Source: Dicyema japonicum (lineage: Eukaryota; Animalia; Dicyemida). From it: a DNA stretch of 64,000 nt. Below, piece by piece: positions 47,750 to 60,490 of the stretch (the first letter of the stretch is position 1; each line of letters begins with the position of its first letter). Both the position numbers and the translations under genes were made by a program. Under the pieces are notes generated by a model. That model was not told the origin of the DNA. It did not search any database and saw nothing but the letters and a program-made list of their open reading frames with translations. The stretch spans positions 833,443-897,442 of the forward strand of contig RDEW01000017.1 of assembly GCA_011109175.1 (NCBI GenBank). Reading direction: 5' to 3'.

Positions 47750-48068
47750 GCCGCGTGGCACCATGTGGTTCTTCTTGTCTAATTGGTTGAAGTCTCTGTT
47801 TTGTTCGTTTGTTACTCCTCTCTTCCTATCAGAGTGGCGTCATGTGATGCACCTGTCTAGGTGGCGTCCAGTGCCAACCCGGCACGAAAAATCATTTGCT
47901 CTCCCCCACTCCACTGGAGGGGTTTCCACAACTGCAACTTTGGACGTCTTTTACCCTTTATGTTGATTCCGGATGGACTCTGTTTCTGTAGAAGTGGAAA
48001 CTGGATACACTTAATTAATTGTTTACTTTAACTTCTCGGTGTATCCGGGGTTAATAAATAAATAAATT
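47750..48068 (+). mobile_element. SINE family 2, copy b (complete), with LINE-like 3' stem-loop
   Basis: A-box-like TGGCACCATGTGG (B-box weak); stem GGATACAC (48003) / GTGTATCC (48039); GGGG(TTAA)(TAAA)n tail. Confidence 0.75.
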
Positions 48069-48369
48069 AAATTTGTTCTTGTTGTGAATAAACCATATTT
48101 TGCAGGATAAATTATGACCAGACATCCAAAGGGTTTGAAAAAAATTGGTATATTTTGTTTGTATCCATTTGACGGACCCACCATTTGCCAGACCGTACAT
48201 CACATTTTTAGAATGAAGCATATTATTTTACATGATAATGAGATAATGAATTAAATTTATTATATATTATAAAAAAATATACTAATTTTATTTTTTTTAA
48301 AAATATAATCCACTCCACGCGATAAATTGAGTTACCTGAGTCTGTCGCCGAACGAAATAAAATATAAAA

Positions 48370-49585
48370 AAATTAAAAATGAATTTTGATTGTCCTCAAA
48401 TTCCTAAAAGGCAAAAATATAGGCTCAGTAAATGTCTGAATCTTTTGATTTTGAGGATGAAAAACAATTTTACCTGAAAAATGGATTCAGGATGAAATTT
48501 TTTACGTCTGATCAAACAGAATTAAAGTTTCTAACGATTGAATAACTTGTGTTGCTGATCTAAAAATAGGCTGAACACAATTATTGCCATTTTAGTAGAG
48601 ACATTTTATATAGTCTTTTAAAGAAAATATATAATTTAACGAGAAAAGAAGTTCAAAAAGTAATAAATAAGTGCATTTTTTGTCAAGCCAAAAAATGATG
48701 TTGGTTAAACCTCTAATTACTCCAACAATTGAAAAAAGACCTTGTGACAGATACCTAGCCGATCTTATTGACTTGCGTAGGTATTCTCAGATAAATGAAG
48801 AATACTTATGGGCATTAAAATTATGCAATTAAAAGGTTAAAAGTAATTGACATTTTTTCGAAATACGGAATGGAGCTAGCAACAAATAAATCTGTAGACA
48901 AAATTTTTTCATTATTTGAAACAATATTTTATACTTGTGGTCCTCCTGTCTTCCTCCATACTATAACGGGAAGAATTTAAAAATTCAAAAATGGAGAATT
49001 TTTTCAAAGAAGAATATTAGGCATGTTTTCGGAGAACACGATGTCCATGAATACAAGGGCAGGTTGAAAGGTATATTTTATTCTACAAAAATATAGATTT
49101 AATCAAAGTATTAAACTGTGGATATCATCAACCTCGGCCAAATGGTGAATTTGGAAGATAAGTCAATGTTATTAAAAAATTGTATTTCAATACAATATTA
49201 CTATTCATCAAAGCTTCTGACTTCTATGGGTTCAACCTACCAGCAAAATCCAGAGTCATGTGAGCGCATTGTTTATAATAAAGAAGACAACCTTACAATT
49301 TCACGCGAAAAAGCATACAAGAATCTACAGATTTATAAAGAAAATAAGTCTAAAAGAAGACGTTGGAAATTTGACGAAGAGGAGATCAAAATTGGAGATT
49401 GTGTTTTGCTTCGTCATGACGCAGATGCCAACATGCAAAATAGAAAATGGCTGCTATATGAGCAATTGAATATAACAAAGTACATGGTTAATTGTGGGGA
49501 AAATGAAAATTTCACAACACACGGAGAAGTTGGAAACATTATAGAAATTGTGCATTTCTCAAAATTAAAAATAATAAAAACTTGA
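48370..49585 (+). mobile_element. Ginger-like integrase, second decayed copy
   Basis: AEHNYCHFSRD...CIFCQ; DRYLADLIDLRRYSQ; VIDIFSKY; CGPPVFLH. Confidence 0.7.
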
Positions 49586-50124
49586 TTTTTGAAAATAAGA
49601 ATTCATTATGTGTCGGGTTGCAAATGTTGTAGAATCTTAAATTGGGGTTTATGAATATGTAGGGTTATTTTTAAAGTAAGAGCAGAGGTTTTAAGAAAAA
49701 AATTATTTTCGCGCCACACTGGCTGCTCTCATAAATGAGAATTCATTTCCCCTGACGATTTGCAAGGAAATGTGCTCCTAACATTAACCCTAGTATGTGT
49801 AGCATCAAGGTCAAGTAATGTAACCGTAATGACATGCGACATTTAACAATAAAAACTAGTACTCAAAAAGAAACCATAGATTCAAGTATCATAAAATTTT
49901 AAATCATCAAACGCAGAGAAGATTAAAAAGTCTGATTGTTTATCTTTACTTCGATGGCAGTTTTGGAAAAATACTTAAGTCACTAATGGAGCAAGCAAAG
50001 AAACTTATTCTCGGATCATTTCATTAATATAATTTATCAGTTCCTTTCTTTTGTGGTCTTTGGGTTACGTAAATAAGTACATATTACCTCAGAAAACTAT
50101 AATTGTAACAGGTTGCAAAAACAA

Positions 50125-50260
50125 TCTTCAAAAAATTGCTGGTTTTTGAATCTCGCTCGCCATCCTGAGAGGAAATAGTTACGCAGTCAGGGCAGCCGCT
50201 ATATAACCGTTTACTCTCTTTTTTTCCTTAATAAAAAGTTAAGAATATTAAAAAAAAAAA
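50125..50260 (+). mobile_element. CRE-like 3' end
   Basis: ISLAILRGNSYAVRAAAI* followed by an A/T tail. Confidence 0.65.
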
Positions 50261-50302
50261 ATGAAAAAAGACCCATTAATAAAAGAGAAATGAAGAAATC
50301 AA

Positions 50303-52121
50303 CTATTCAACTCTGCTACCAGGTCCAACTCTTTTGACAAAAATAAATCCATGCTGAGTTCTCATCTTAGAGTTATTCCAAACAACCAGGGATTCATCTC
50401 CGATTTTCATATCAGCCTATTAAATATATATTAACATTACCAAAATGGTAGGTAGTACTTTCTTCTTTGCATTAAGCTGAGGAGGATTAGAAGGAAGATA
50501 TCCATCAAAATAAACAACTTCTCCCACATCAGATGCTTCGGGGACACATATAGGTTCAATACTAAATTATCAATATAAATTCAAACAATTCTGTTTGACA
50601 ACCAGGAAGTACTCCCTTACCACACATTATCATACCCTCTGACATAATTCCACGTAAATTGGCAGGTTTTAAGTTTACAAGGAATACAAACTTATTTCCC
50701 AATAAATCCTCCTCAGTACAATGACCAACAAGAGATGAACATATTGTTAGGGGTTTCTCCAATCCAACATCGACCTGTTCAACATAGAGAGAATTAGCGT
50801 TATCATGCTAAAAGTAATTATTAAAAAACCTTAGAAACAGAGAGGATCTTCCCAACTCTGAAATTACAAAGAGAAGGATCGGCCACTATTCCGTTATCAA
50901 TAAACTTTTTAGTCCTCTCAGTTGATGGATATGCTAGCTCTATTAGCTCGCTATTTGTTTTGAAAGACTCTTGAATAGGTTTTAAAAGAAGATTGATTTT
51001 CTTGGTTACAGCAATTTTTAAATCCTGAGGATGTAATTTCTACGAGTATTAAATAATTATAAACCCCTGACAAATAATCAGCCTCCACTTGTGCATAAGT
51101 AGAATAATCTACTTTCTCAGAATCTTTGTAATGTATTGAAAAATATTTTTCGTCGTTATTATCCATAACCGGAAAGATTACCATTTTAAGAAATGCCAAA
51201 ACTCCATTTTTTTCAAGAGAACATTGCTCACAAAAAGCCTTCTTTATTTTCTTTTCGACCAATCTAGGACTATCCAAAAAGTCTATTTTGGAATCTGGAT
51301 CTGACGAACTCATTTTGGTACCTGACAAACCAGGTACTGAAATATTAAACAAAGTAAACCCATTGGATTCATTAAATGAGCCCGTTTCTTGTATCCCAGA
51401 ATAGGTAAGTACTACATTACTATAAATTAAACTTTTTCAGCAAAAGTAAATATCTTTCTCTGATCAACACCCCAAATTGGGCATCAACGTTCAAATATTC
51501 CTCATCCAATGCCTGTAAGCATGGATATAACAAATCCACTAAGTAAAGGATGTTCAACTTGTTTGACTACCTCAGAACCAGCTTTCTTAGCATCATGTTC
51601 TGTAACCAAAGTAGTCAGTTTATACACATCAAGAATATATTTACTGAAATTATATTAATAATACTCTGAAAGCTGGTATTCTGTCCCCTCAACAAATCTC
51701 AAAAGATTGATTGGGATATTAAGACTCTTCAAACATTCAGATATTATTAATTTGTAGTACTCCACTCTGTGATTTAACACAACCCAGTCAGTCTTCAAAT
51801 TATCCAAAGAAGCGTGAACGTCAGCCAACAAAATAGTCACCAACAAATCAATATTGATAATACCTCACAATTTGCCTTCAAAAACTGCCCTATTTTAACT
51901 AGAGGAATGAAATATCCAATATGAGGCTTCCCTGTTGTAGCAGTTCCCCAGTAAATTTTCAAACGACGAGTTTTTAGAGTTTCTTTAATCAAATCTTCCC
52001 CCAATACTTCCTAATGATATAAATAATATTGACTTGAAGATTTGATGTAATAAGAGAAAATGAATCAGAACAATTTGACTATAAATAAATTTTACTTAAC
52101 AAAAACCACGTTTCCACTCAT
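50303..52121 (-). CDS. YARS1: Cytoplasmic tyrosyl-tRNA synthetase with C-terminal EMAP-II-like domain
   Basis: [36 protein letters not shown]...LYVEQVDVG...[16 protein letters not shown]; tiny introns; one 1-nt deficit in a homopolymer at 51470-73. Confidence 0.95.
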
Positions 52122-52203
52122 TTATTTAAAAGTGTTTAATTAATTAATTTATTTATAAGTTGTTATTATTAAAAAATATTTGAATAAATAGAATATTTAT
52201 GTT
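52122..52203. promoter_or_regulatory. 82-bp AT-rich interval between divergent start codons (putative bidirectional promoter)
   Basis: YARS1 ATG at 52121 (minus), STARD3 ATG at 52204 (plus). Confidence 0.55.
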
Positions 52204-53631
52204 ATGGCAGAGTCTCAATACTTAATTTCCAATCCAAATCAAAATAATATATTTGTTACCTTAAGGAATGTCATGTCTTTCGTTTTCTTGGATACAATTC
52301 TTATTAGTCTCCTCTGGTTTATATTTGTAATGGTTTGACTTTTATAATAAATCAGACAAACCCTCAAGCTACCTCACTCAAGTCGGAAATTGTCCACTAT
52401 TCTTTCAAAACATCACTTTTTGATTTCGTGGTACGTATTATACTCATTTAGTGTCTTTCCGTAGTTCGTGGTTTCATTATTTGCGTTTGGTTTCTTAATT
52501 TTCGTCGTCATCGTTTGAAACTTTTAATTGTAATCTTTGAAAATAGTTTTAGATTTTAGCTATTGGTACTACTATTATGATTGTCCTTAAAGTATTAAAA
52601 TATTATATGGTATTTGCTTTATTTATTTCTTAGTTTGCTCATTACTCTGACAAACAGTTGAAGGGACTCAGCTTTGTTATTCCCATCTTGCTGCTTAGCT
52701 TCTCGCTTTCCTGGCTACATTTGTGGAAACTATCAAATTCTAATATTAATGTTGAAACCATTGACTATGAGAGTATTGGAAACAATAAGAAAGTGTTGGA
52801 TTGGATGGATTTTAATGATAACGAGTCCTTCTATACAGTACAGGCGGAGATGTACGGAGGTTAGTCTGTTAAATGTATCAGAGATGGTTTTGTACAAAAA
52901 ACATGGGAGAATGAGAGGAAAATAATGTGGGAAGTTGTTGTTCCTCTCTATGAGTCTGATTTGAATTGGAAAATATATTCTGAAGACCATCAAGTCACTG
53001 TTTTATATAATGACCATAAAGATTTGGGTTACATCGTATGCGGAAAAGTTTAATTGTTACACATTATGATAGATACATATATATGCATCATTTGATTCTA
53101 TTGCTAAGGAATTGATTGATAATGCTGAGGCTAATACTCAATGGGATTCTAATACTGAGAAAATAACCGTACTAGTTTATTTAAAGTTGACAGAGAAACA
53201 TAATATCTGAGGATTCTGATATTATTATAGCTGTTAGTAAGGATGCTGCTGGGGGTCTTGTAAAATCAAGGTTATATAGTATATTTTCATCATAGAGTTT
53301 TTTCTACCTTCCGTTCTTGGAAATATAAAAAAATTGAAAATATCTCTACGTGTACATTATGCAGTGTGTCAATAAATCATGAACAGGCGCAAAATTCAGC
53401 AGTGTAAAATGTTACTTTATACTAAAGGGGACGGATTAACTACGGGACAGGTTTCTACTTGATATCCTCAAATGAAATGTGTGAGATATCTATTTATTTT
53501 AACATTGACATAAATGTAGTAATATTTGACTCATTTAGTTGTCTATCCCTAAATTCATCAAAAACAAAAAACTTTCCAAGGTAGCCCACGATTATGTCCT
53601 TGCACTCAAACATTACATGGAAAATAAATAA
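52204..53631 (+). CDS. STARD3: STARD3/MLN64-like MENTAL + START sterol-transfer protein
   Basis: FLDTILISLLW...HYSFKTSLFDFV (MENTAL); DAAGGLVKSR and RGRINYGTGF (START); several tiny introns, some boundaries approximate. Confidence 0.8.
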
Positions 53632-53849
53632 ATTATTAATTTATTATTGCTTTCAATATACTATCTTTGGTGTTACAATAATAAATGCATTTAAAATAAT
53701 ATCAGCTCTTTACAACTTGAAAGTGGTTAAATATCACAATCAATCGTATAATGTGTTTAGAGCTTTGTTTTGTGGTTCACCAAAAATAGTGTCACCAAAT
53801 CTGGAAAGGAAAGATCCATAAACTTCCCAAAGTTTGATGTTTCCCTTAA

Positions 53850-54720
53850 CTTATGTGCCTCCGACTTTATCCGGCGTCATCATTGTTCTGGACTGTTGAT
53901 TCTCATATGTGGCGGCATTGGAAAAACCCTGGCCCAAGTGGAGAGTTAATAATATTAAAACTAAATGCAAATGGAATTAGAAAGATTCTGGAATTTCATG
54001 CTATTCCCTTAGAAAATCCAGATGACCCGCCTTCATTTTCTATGCCAACACATTTTTCCCCGGATATAGAGTAATCCTCAAGGAGCTTCATAGAGGCCAA
54101 GGTGGAACCCTACTCACTATTTTGAAGTACGATATATCCTTTTTTATGAAAGTCAACGAACCTCAGCGATATGGTGTAGATTTCAATCAAACTCCAGCTG
54201 TTCCACCCATTCTTTTGGATTACTTAGGTCAATTTTTACATTCCTCCACAAGGATCTCGTCCAACGTCCTAGATCCCCAATCTATTCCGCTTCTCAGTAC
54301 TGAAGAACTTATTAACACGCGGCGACCATAATCAGAGACACCCCGTATGATTTGCTCTACAGTCTTCTGATAGTCGAGATGAGCTCATCGCAAATGGTCT
54401 TATTTATATGCTTGTCCTTGAATAACCCTAATATACACATAAGAACCCCAATAAGGAACACTGACAGCTGCACGTTTTCCAAAATAACCTTATATTCACC
54501 TTCTTTGCGAATTGTGGTTTTCCAGTGACCACATTCTATCCTTTTTAAGTTAAAAGGATTTCGACGACGCATGACACAGCAGACTCAAGTCAGGAGATTC
54601 GAGAATTGTAGGAAGGTTGATTGGTCTGGATTCAGTAACTTTGTTGACAAAGAATTGGTAACTTCGTTGACTATATTTCGTACAATAAAGAATAACTTTG
54701 TTGACAAAGAATTGGTCAAA
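53850..54720 (+). mobile_element. LINE APE region with a degenerate 2A-like motif
   Basis: LLILICGGIGK(N)PGP then IILKLNANGIRK; GQGG; NFYIPPQ; RKVDWSGF. Confidence 0.65.
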
Positions 54721-54849
54721 GGACTCTCATCACTAGGGCAAACTAAGTTAAAAAAGTTAAAATTTAATAATAGTAAATAAATTATCATAAAATGATTTTT
54801 AACCATATTTAATTAAAAATAAATGTATATTAAACAAAATTATTAGGTT

Positions 54850-55240
54850 AAAAAGTTAAATTATAAGGTTAAAATTATTTTTTAAATAGAGCCAATTTTT
54901 AAAAGTAAATAATAGTGCCAATTTCCCCCCTCCGATTTCCTTCAGGAAAGAGGCTGTAATACTTCCGGGCGCACCAGACGTCTCGATTGCCACCGGTACA
55001 AAACGGTAGCGGTCCCCAATTTCGCCATATTTTTTAATCTTGATTTTCTCGGCCAGATCGGCTGCCGATCCAGCAGACTGCGCCGAACTGAGTATCATCG
55101 AGATCGAGAAAAGAATCCACAACAGTGCAGTCCATACGAGCGATTTTCCTCAGTGAACGGAAAGATAGTTAACCCATCCGGTCTTTTCCCGTCTCCGCAG
55201 TCCAATCCCACGGGCTCCAGTACTGCCGGAAAGCCTGCAG
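54850..55240 (-). mobile_element. CRE-like REL remnant
   Basis: KKYGEIGDRYRFVPVAIETSG. Confidence 0.75.
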
Positions 55241-55291
55241 CTTTAAATTAACTATTAATAATATATCTTGCCACTAAAATTTTTGGTTGAC

Positions 55292-56840
55292 ATGCCTAAG
55301 ATAGCAAAATCGAACCAAATTAAAGCTAAGGTCATTGTAAAAAATTATCCTAAAGAATTTATGATTCTTGAGGATGGTGCGCTATATTGTCGACTCTGTT
55401 TGTGTAGTATAAAATGCGAGAAAAGGTATTTTGTAAATTCCCATTAGCCTCACAAAAACATCAAAATTCATAGAGTTTTGCAAAATAACAATTATTTTTT
55501 GTAGATTAGCAGGGTGTCATAGTGGTTAGTTGTCGGGCTTAAGTGGCTCAGGCTACGGGTTCGAATCTCGCTGCTGTTCACCTGGTGAAGGTTCCACGCG
55601 TCTACGATGCAGAAAAGGTTTGACGAGTGACGCCGTCATCAGTGGATACTCACTGCGGAACTGGATTGTCTAGAAAGAACCCACACACAAGAAAAAGAAA
55701 AAAAGTGAAGATCATTCCTTGGTTCTACGATTAGTTAAAATTAACTGTTTTTTACTTAAATAAAGTGTGTGTCCTGCCTATGCGGAGCTATAAATACTAT
55801 GTCTCTCGTGAAAAGGCTTTAATTCCAAGCTCACATTGACCAATATTCCAAGAATGATGATTGGGCTCTACAAGTAACCAGAGCATTTATAATCTGATAT
55901 TCCACTAAACAAACTATCTATGCCGTGGCTTAAAGAATTGTTTTACGGAGGCTCTGTACGAGTTTTCTCACCATCAAAAGCTAGAAGCTGTGTGGATCAA
56001 ATCATAATTGATCAAAAATTGTTAATTTAACAAAAACTTGTGTATAAAAATTTACTTTATTTTGTAGCAATCAAAAAGTTTTTGCTATTACGGATGAAAC
56101 AAAAATCCGGGCCCAAAGATACGTTGCTGTGATAATTGGATCGTTAAATTCTCCTGAAACAACATATCTGATATCATTTAAGGCGATATAATCTGCTCCT
56201 AACAAGAACATCATTACTCAGATAGTCGACGACGCACTTCGAAATAATTTGATTCAAAGGGAAAATTTCCTTTTGTTAATTTCGGATGCTGCAAATTGTA
56301 TGAAATCAGGTAAAATTTTATGTTTATGTTTTAGCATGCAAATTACTTAAAAATCTTTCCATGTCACATGTGCCGTTCATCTATTACACAATTGTTGTGA
56401 GAAAATAAGAGACTCTTATCCGGAAATTGATTTGATGATAGCTACTGTACAAGCAGCAATTAACAAGAACAATGGAAGAAAACTAATATTCAAAGACAGA
56501 AACATCGCCATTCCACCTCGTGTGACAAGATGGGGGACCTGGCTTAAGGCCGCTGCGTACTATTCAGAAAATCTGATCGGAGTTCAAAATATTTTCGAAT
56601 CATTCGCGGATGATGGATATCTAGTTCGCATATGATGGTTTAGAATCGTTGGAATTTGGAAATGACAACAAATTTCAAAAAATGATATTTCAAACATAAT
56701 TAAACATAATTAAAATGACTAATTCACACATATCTCCTGCCGAGTATTCATTACTCCTGAATTATCAGCCAACTGCGTGCTCGGTTGAACCACATGTCTC
56801 TGAGATAAAAAATTTTCTAAGATCCAACCGAAATTTTCTA
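55292..56840 (+). mobile_element. hAT-like transposase (DUF659-type), decayed, SINE-interrupted
   Basis: LYCRLC; LLISDAANCMKS|ACKLL; HVTCAVHLLHN; TRWGTWL; 25-nt GT-AG intron at 56310-34. Confidence 0.75.
55509..55822 (+). mobile_element. SINE family 1, copy b
   Basis: A-box TGTCATAGTGG, B-box GGTTCGAATCT; highly similar to 8250-8557. Confidence 0.85.
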
Positions 56841-57059
56841 CAGAAAATTTATAAAATTTTGTAATTTGTATGTGTAACAAAAATTTAGTTTTTTATTGTT
56901 TAGTTATAAATTTAAATTTTTGGGTTAATTTTTTTAGTTTTTAGGTTAATAAAGTTAATTTTTAGGTTAATTTTTTTATTTTCTAGGTTAAAAAAATCTC
57001 CCTACTCATCACAAATAAATTTGATAGATGAAACCGAGAAAATTATTTGTTTGGTCATT

Positions 57060-57835
57060 CAAAAGGCATGCCCATCTACCTAACCTGCACTTGTACTCTG
57101 AAAAACTTGTACTCTCTGACATTACTCAATCAGCACCGACGCGCTTGTTTGCTTTCGGGGGCTTCCCGTGGGAGCGGAGCTTGGCTAAACACCATCCCAA
57201 ATAGAGCTCTGGGCACCTTTCTGGATAATGAATGCGTTAGAAATGGCATCTCTCTGCGGCTGGGACTGATAGTGTGTGTACCTCATTCGTGCCGATGTGG
57301 CATTCTGATAGACTGTTATGGCCTGCACCCTATCACCTGCAAGAGGAGCGCTGGAAGATCTCCAAGGCACAAGGCTCTGAATGAGATTGTCAAACGGACT
57401 ATGGATGCTGCTGGATACTCGGCCATTCTTAAACCGGTCGGGTTATGCAGAAGTGACGGGAAACGACCGGACGGGATGACCATATTTCACTTCGAGGCCG
57501 GGAAACCACTTGTTTGGGACGTGACATGTACAGACACGTTCGCCCCGAACAATCTTCACGAGTGCGCTTCAGGGGCCTGCTCTGCATCCGTCAAGGTGGA
57601 GAAGGCCAATCTCGAAAAATACGCGGCCTTCCCGTTAATGTCCAATTTGTTCCGCTTGCTATGAAGACTTCCGGATCCTACTCCCCCTCTACAATAGAGT
57701 TTTTCGGACGTCTTGGAAACCGGATCACCTCATGCAACTGGAGATCTCTGCGAACGCCGCTGGCTGTTTAAGCGAATATCGCTCGCAATTCTGAAAGGGA
57801 ACAGCCACGCAGTGAGGGCGGCAGCTAATTGATGT
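57060..57835 (+). mobile_element. CRE-like 3' third (REL domain)
   Basis: GAWLNTIP; CRCG; RHKALN; KRPDG; WDVTC; ISLAILKGNSHAV. Confidence 0.85.
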
Positions 57836-58194
57836 TTTGTCTTTTTTTTATTTGATTTTTACAATTAAAAAAATTATTGCAATTATTATTTTAAAATTTC
57901 AATTTTCTGGTTGCCCTAATAATTAATAATATTATTTCCCTGACCAAATCATCTGGTAAAGATTAAATTATTAAAACTATTACACCGAAGATTGAAATGA
58001 TGTCCTACTAATTCACCTCTCTTCGGAAGGGGAAGACTGTAATGGACTATTGGAAAATGGATTTTGTCGACACAAGCAGATGTTCTCCCTTGGGTTCGTT
58101 CTTTGTATTAATTAGTTATGACCAGGGAAATTTTTATGGTAAAGAAAATTGTAGAAATTTCATTTTATGGCATTTAAAAATGAATAATATTAAT

Positions 58195-58760
58195 TAAAAT
58201 TAATTCCAAAGACCACTTTTAAACCGAAAAAACTAAACTAAGTGATCCCGACGAATCAAGGCTCTCATCTTTGCTCGGTGTTGATCCCTTGAGCCTACAC
58301 AAGTTCGTTGCGGGAGAGCACTTCCTTTTTGGGATTGGTGTCCATTTTTGTTTTTTTCGATTAGTTTCTCCATGGGCGTCGATGATTTAATGTTTTCCCT
58401 TGTATACCATCTCTCGGTTAGTTTGAAGGCCTTTTTCTGGGTTCCGGAGATTTTCTGGATGTTCGTATAAGAGACCAATGGTCCCCATGAAGTACACGCA
58501 TATGAAATGCATGGTTCGATGTACTGTGAGTAGAGCGTTTTAAGATAGGGTGATGTCCAATTTTCCATAGACTTGTTAGGCATTTCAAAAGGTTGATTTC
58601 TTCTCACATTTGTTTAACACATTAATGACGTGTCTCGTAAAGTTCATGTGCGTATCGAAAGTCAGACCCAATATTTGTTGCCATTTGCTGAACGGCAAAT
58701 TTTTTTTATTTTTAACTACACAAACAGTTAATAACAACTAGGAACTCCTTTCAGTCAAGG
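58195..58760 (-). mobile_element. APE-RT LINE 3' part with stem-loop
   Basis: LYSQYIEPCISYACTSW; stem GGGATCACTT/AAGTGGTCTT at 58209-58249. Confidence 0.75.
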
Positions 58761-58769
58761 CCGACCTCA

Positions 58770-59290
58770 GAATTTAAAACGTATTTCCCATGGCGATTTT
58801 TAAAGGAAATGCTCTAAATAATCCAGATCTGTCTCCAATATCCCTCTTCATTGTCAGCAGGGTCAGTGATCTGCTTCCAAGTTAAACAAACATATTCTTC
58901 AATATGCATGACCCTAGCACAGCAAAATTTATCAGGCTTATTGGGCAGCTTGCAGAACGGCGGAAGAAAGACTCTAGAACAGGCAAAACGTTCAGGAAAT
59001 CTTGAATGTTTGAAGGTTTAAATGTCACGATACGACATCCTAGGAACGCTTCCGAAGCTTGGATTTACCTGCATTGACAAACCGTTACTTTTGGTCTCAT
59101 TCAAAGTAGCATATGAATTCTGGTTCCATTTGCAACAACTTGGCTATGTGAATCTGAATTTTCATCTCTACTGTATATAAAAAATTAGTACCGAAACGCT
59201 CTTAACCCTGAAAACGATCTCAGAATTTCACTATAGCAAAAACCACGTTTCGAAGAATTAATTAAAACTAAAAGGCAGGAAAAGTCTTAA
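58770..59290 (+). mobile_element. hAT Buster-type C-terminal remnant
   Basis: PFATTWLCESEFSSL...YRNALNPENDLRI. Confidence 0.8.
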
Positions 59291-59769
59291 GGAACCTAAC
59301 TAATTTTTTAATAAAATTCGAATTCTGTTATATTTAAAATCGGGAATGCGAGGTTGTTTTTTTAAATTTTTGTGGGTGGGAACACAAAACGAATCGGGAT
59401 ATCTGCTCTAGAATGATACGAATTAAATAGCAAGAATGATCTATGAACTGCTGATAATTAAAAAGAATCAGACTCAGAAATTTATGTGCCCAATTAACAA
59501 TAAAATATATAAGTATAGTTTTTACAAATAAGCTATAAATGTGGAAACATGATCGCAATAAGAACACAAAATTCTTAAACACTGATCTCAATAGTTTCTT
59601 TAAATGAAAATTGTGATGATTTCGAACGTGGAATAACATGGAATAGTAATCTTACATGTGTTTAATATTTTATTTTTTTATTAAAATTAAAAAAATGACA
59701 TTTACGGGAAAATGAATTATGGAATATAAAATCAAAAATAGTATCTATACATAATAATAATTGTCGTAT

Positions 59770-60490
59770 AGTAGTCAAATGATTATTTATGCTGATGACA
59801 TTCTTGTGCTTGATTCAGCATGAATAAACAAATTTCATGGAAAAGGGTGGAATCCCATATTACTAAGATTGGAAAGTGGTGCCAAAACAATTGGTTGACT
59901 CTATCGAGGGAAAAAAACAACAGTCACTTGGATTGCAAGTAAAAGAAAAAATATTAATCAATGTGTGAATACTGAGGATATAAAAATCTCTGAAACATTG
60001 AAGTATCTCGGATTGTTGATAGACCGAAGAGGATCTTTCAAGGAACATATTAAAACACGAAGAAAGAAAGCTACAGGAATGTTGAAATCTTTAATTCGAT
60101 TTCATTTGGAGCCTGAAACTTTTCTTTTTGTGTATTCAGCGTGTGTTGAACCATTCTTGATATATGGTTATCAAGGATGGTTTAGAACAAAAGAAAGTGA
60201 TGTCTTTGTCAAAAAATTGGAAAAGTCCAGAAGATTTGCGATTAAATTGGCATATGGACTGGACTTAAAATCCAATATCGAAGAGGATTACGACCTGAAA
60301 GTCAGAAAGATAGAAAAATTATTACATCACTTATGGAAAATGTGATGTAATTTTTGAGGTCCAAACGAAGTAGAGACATGTGGTGTCTCATAAAATGACC
60401 CTACACAATGAATACAAACCCACTTAATTAGTTTTGGTTTAGGTTTTGGTTTCTTAACAGTAATTAGTTTTGGGGTTTGTTAGAAAATAA
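59770..60490 (+). mobile_element. LINE RT C-terminal remnant
   Basis: IYADDIL; LKYLGLLIDRRGSFKEHI; VYSACVEPFLIYG. Confidence 0.75.
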
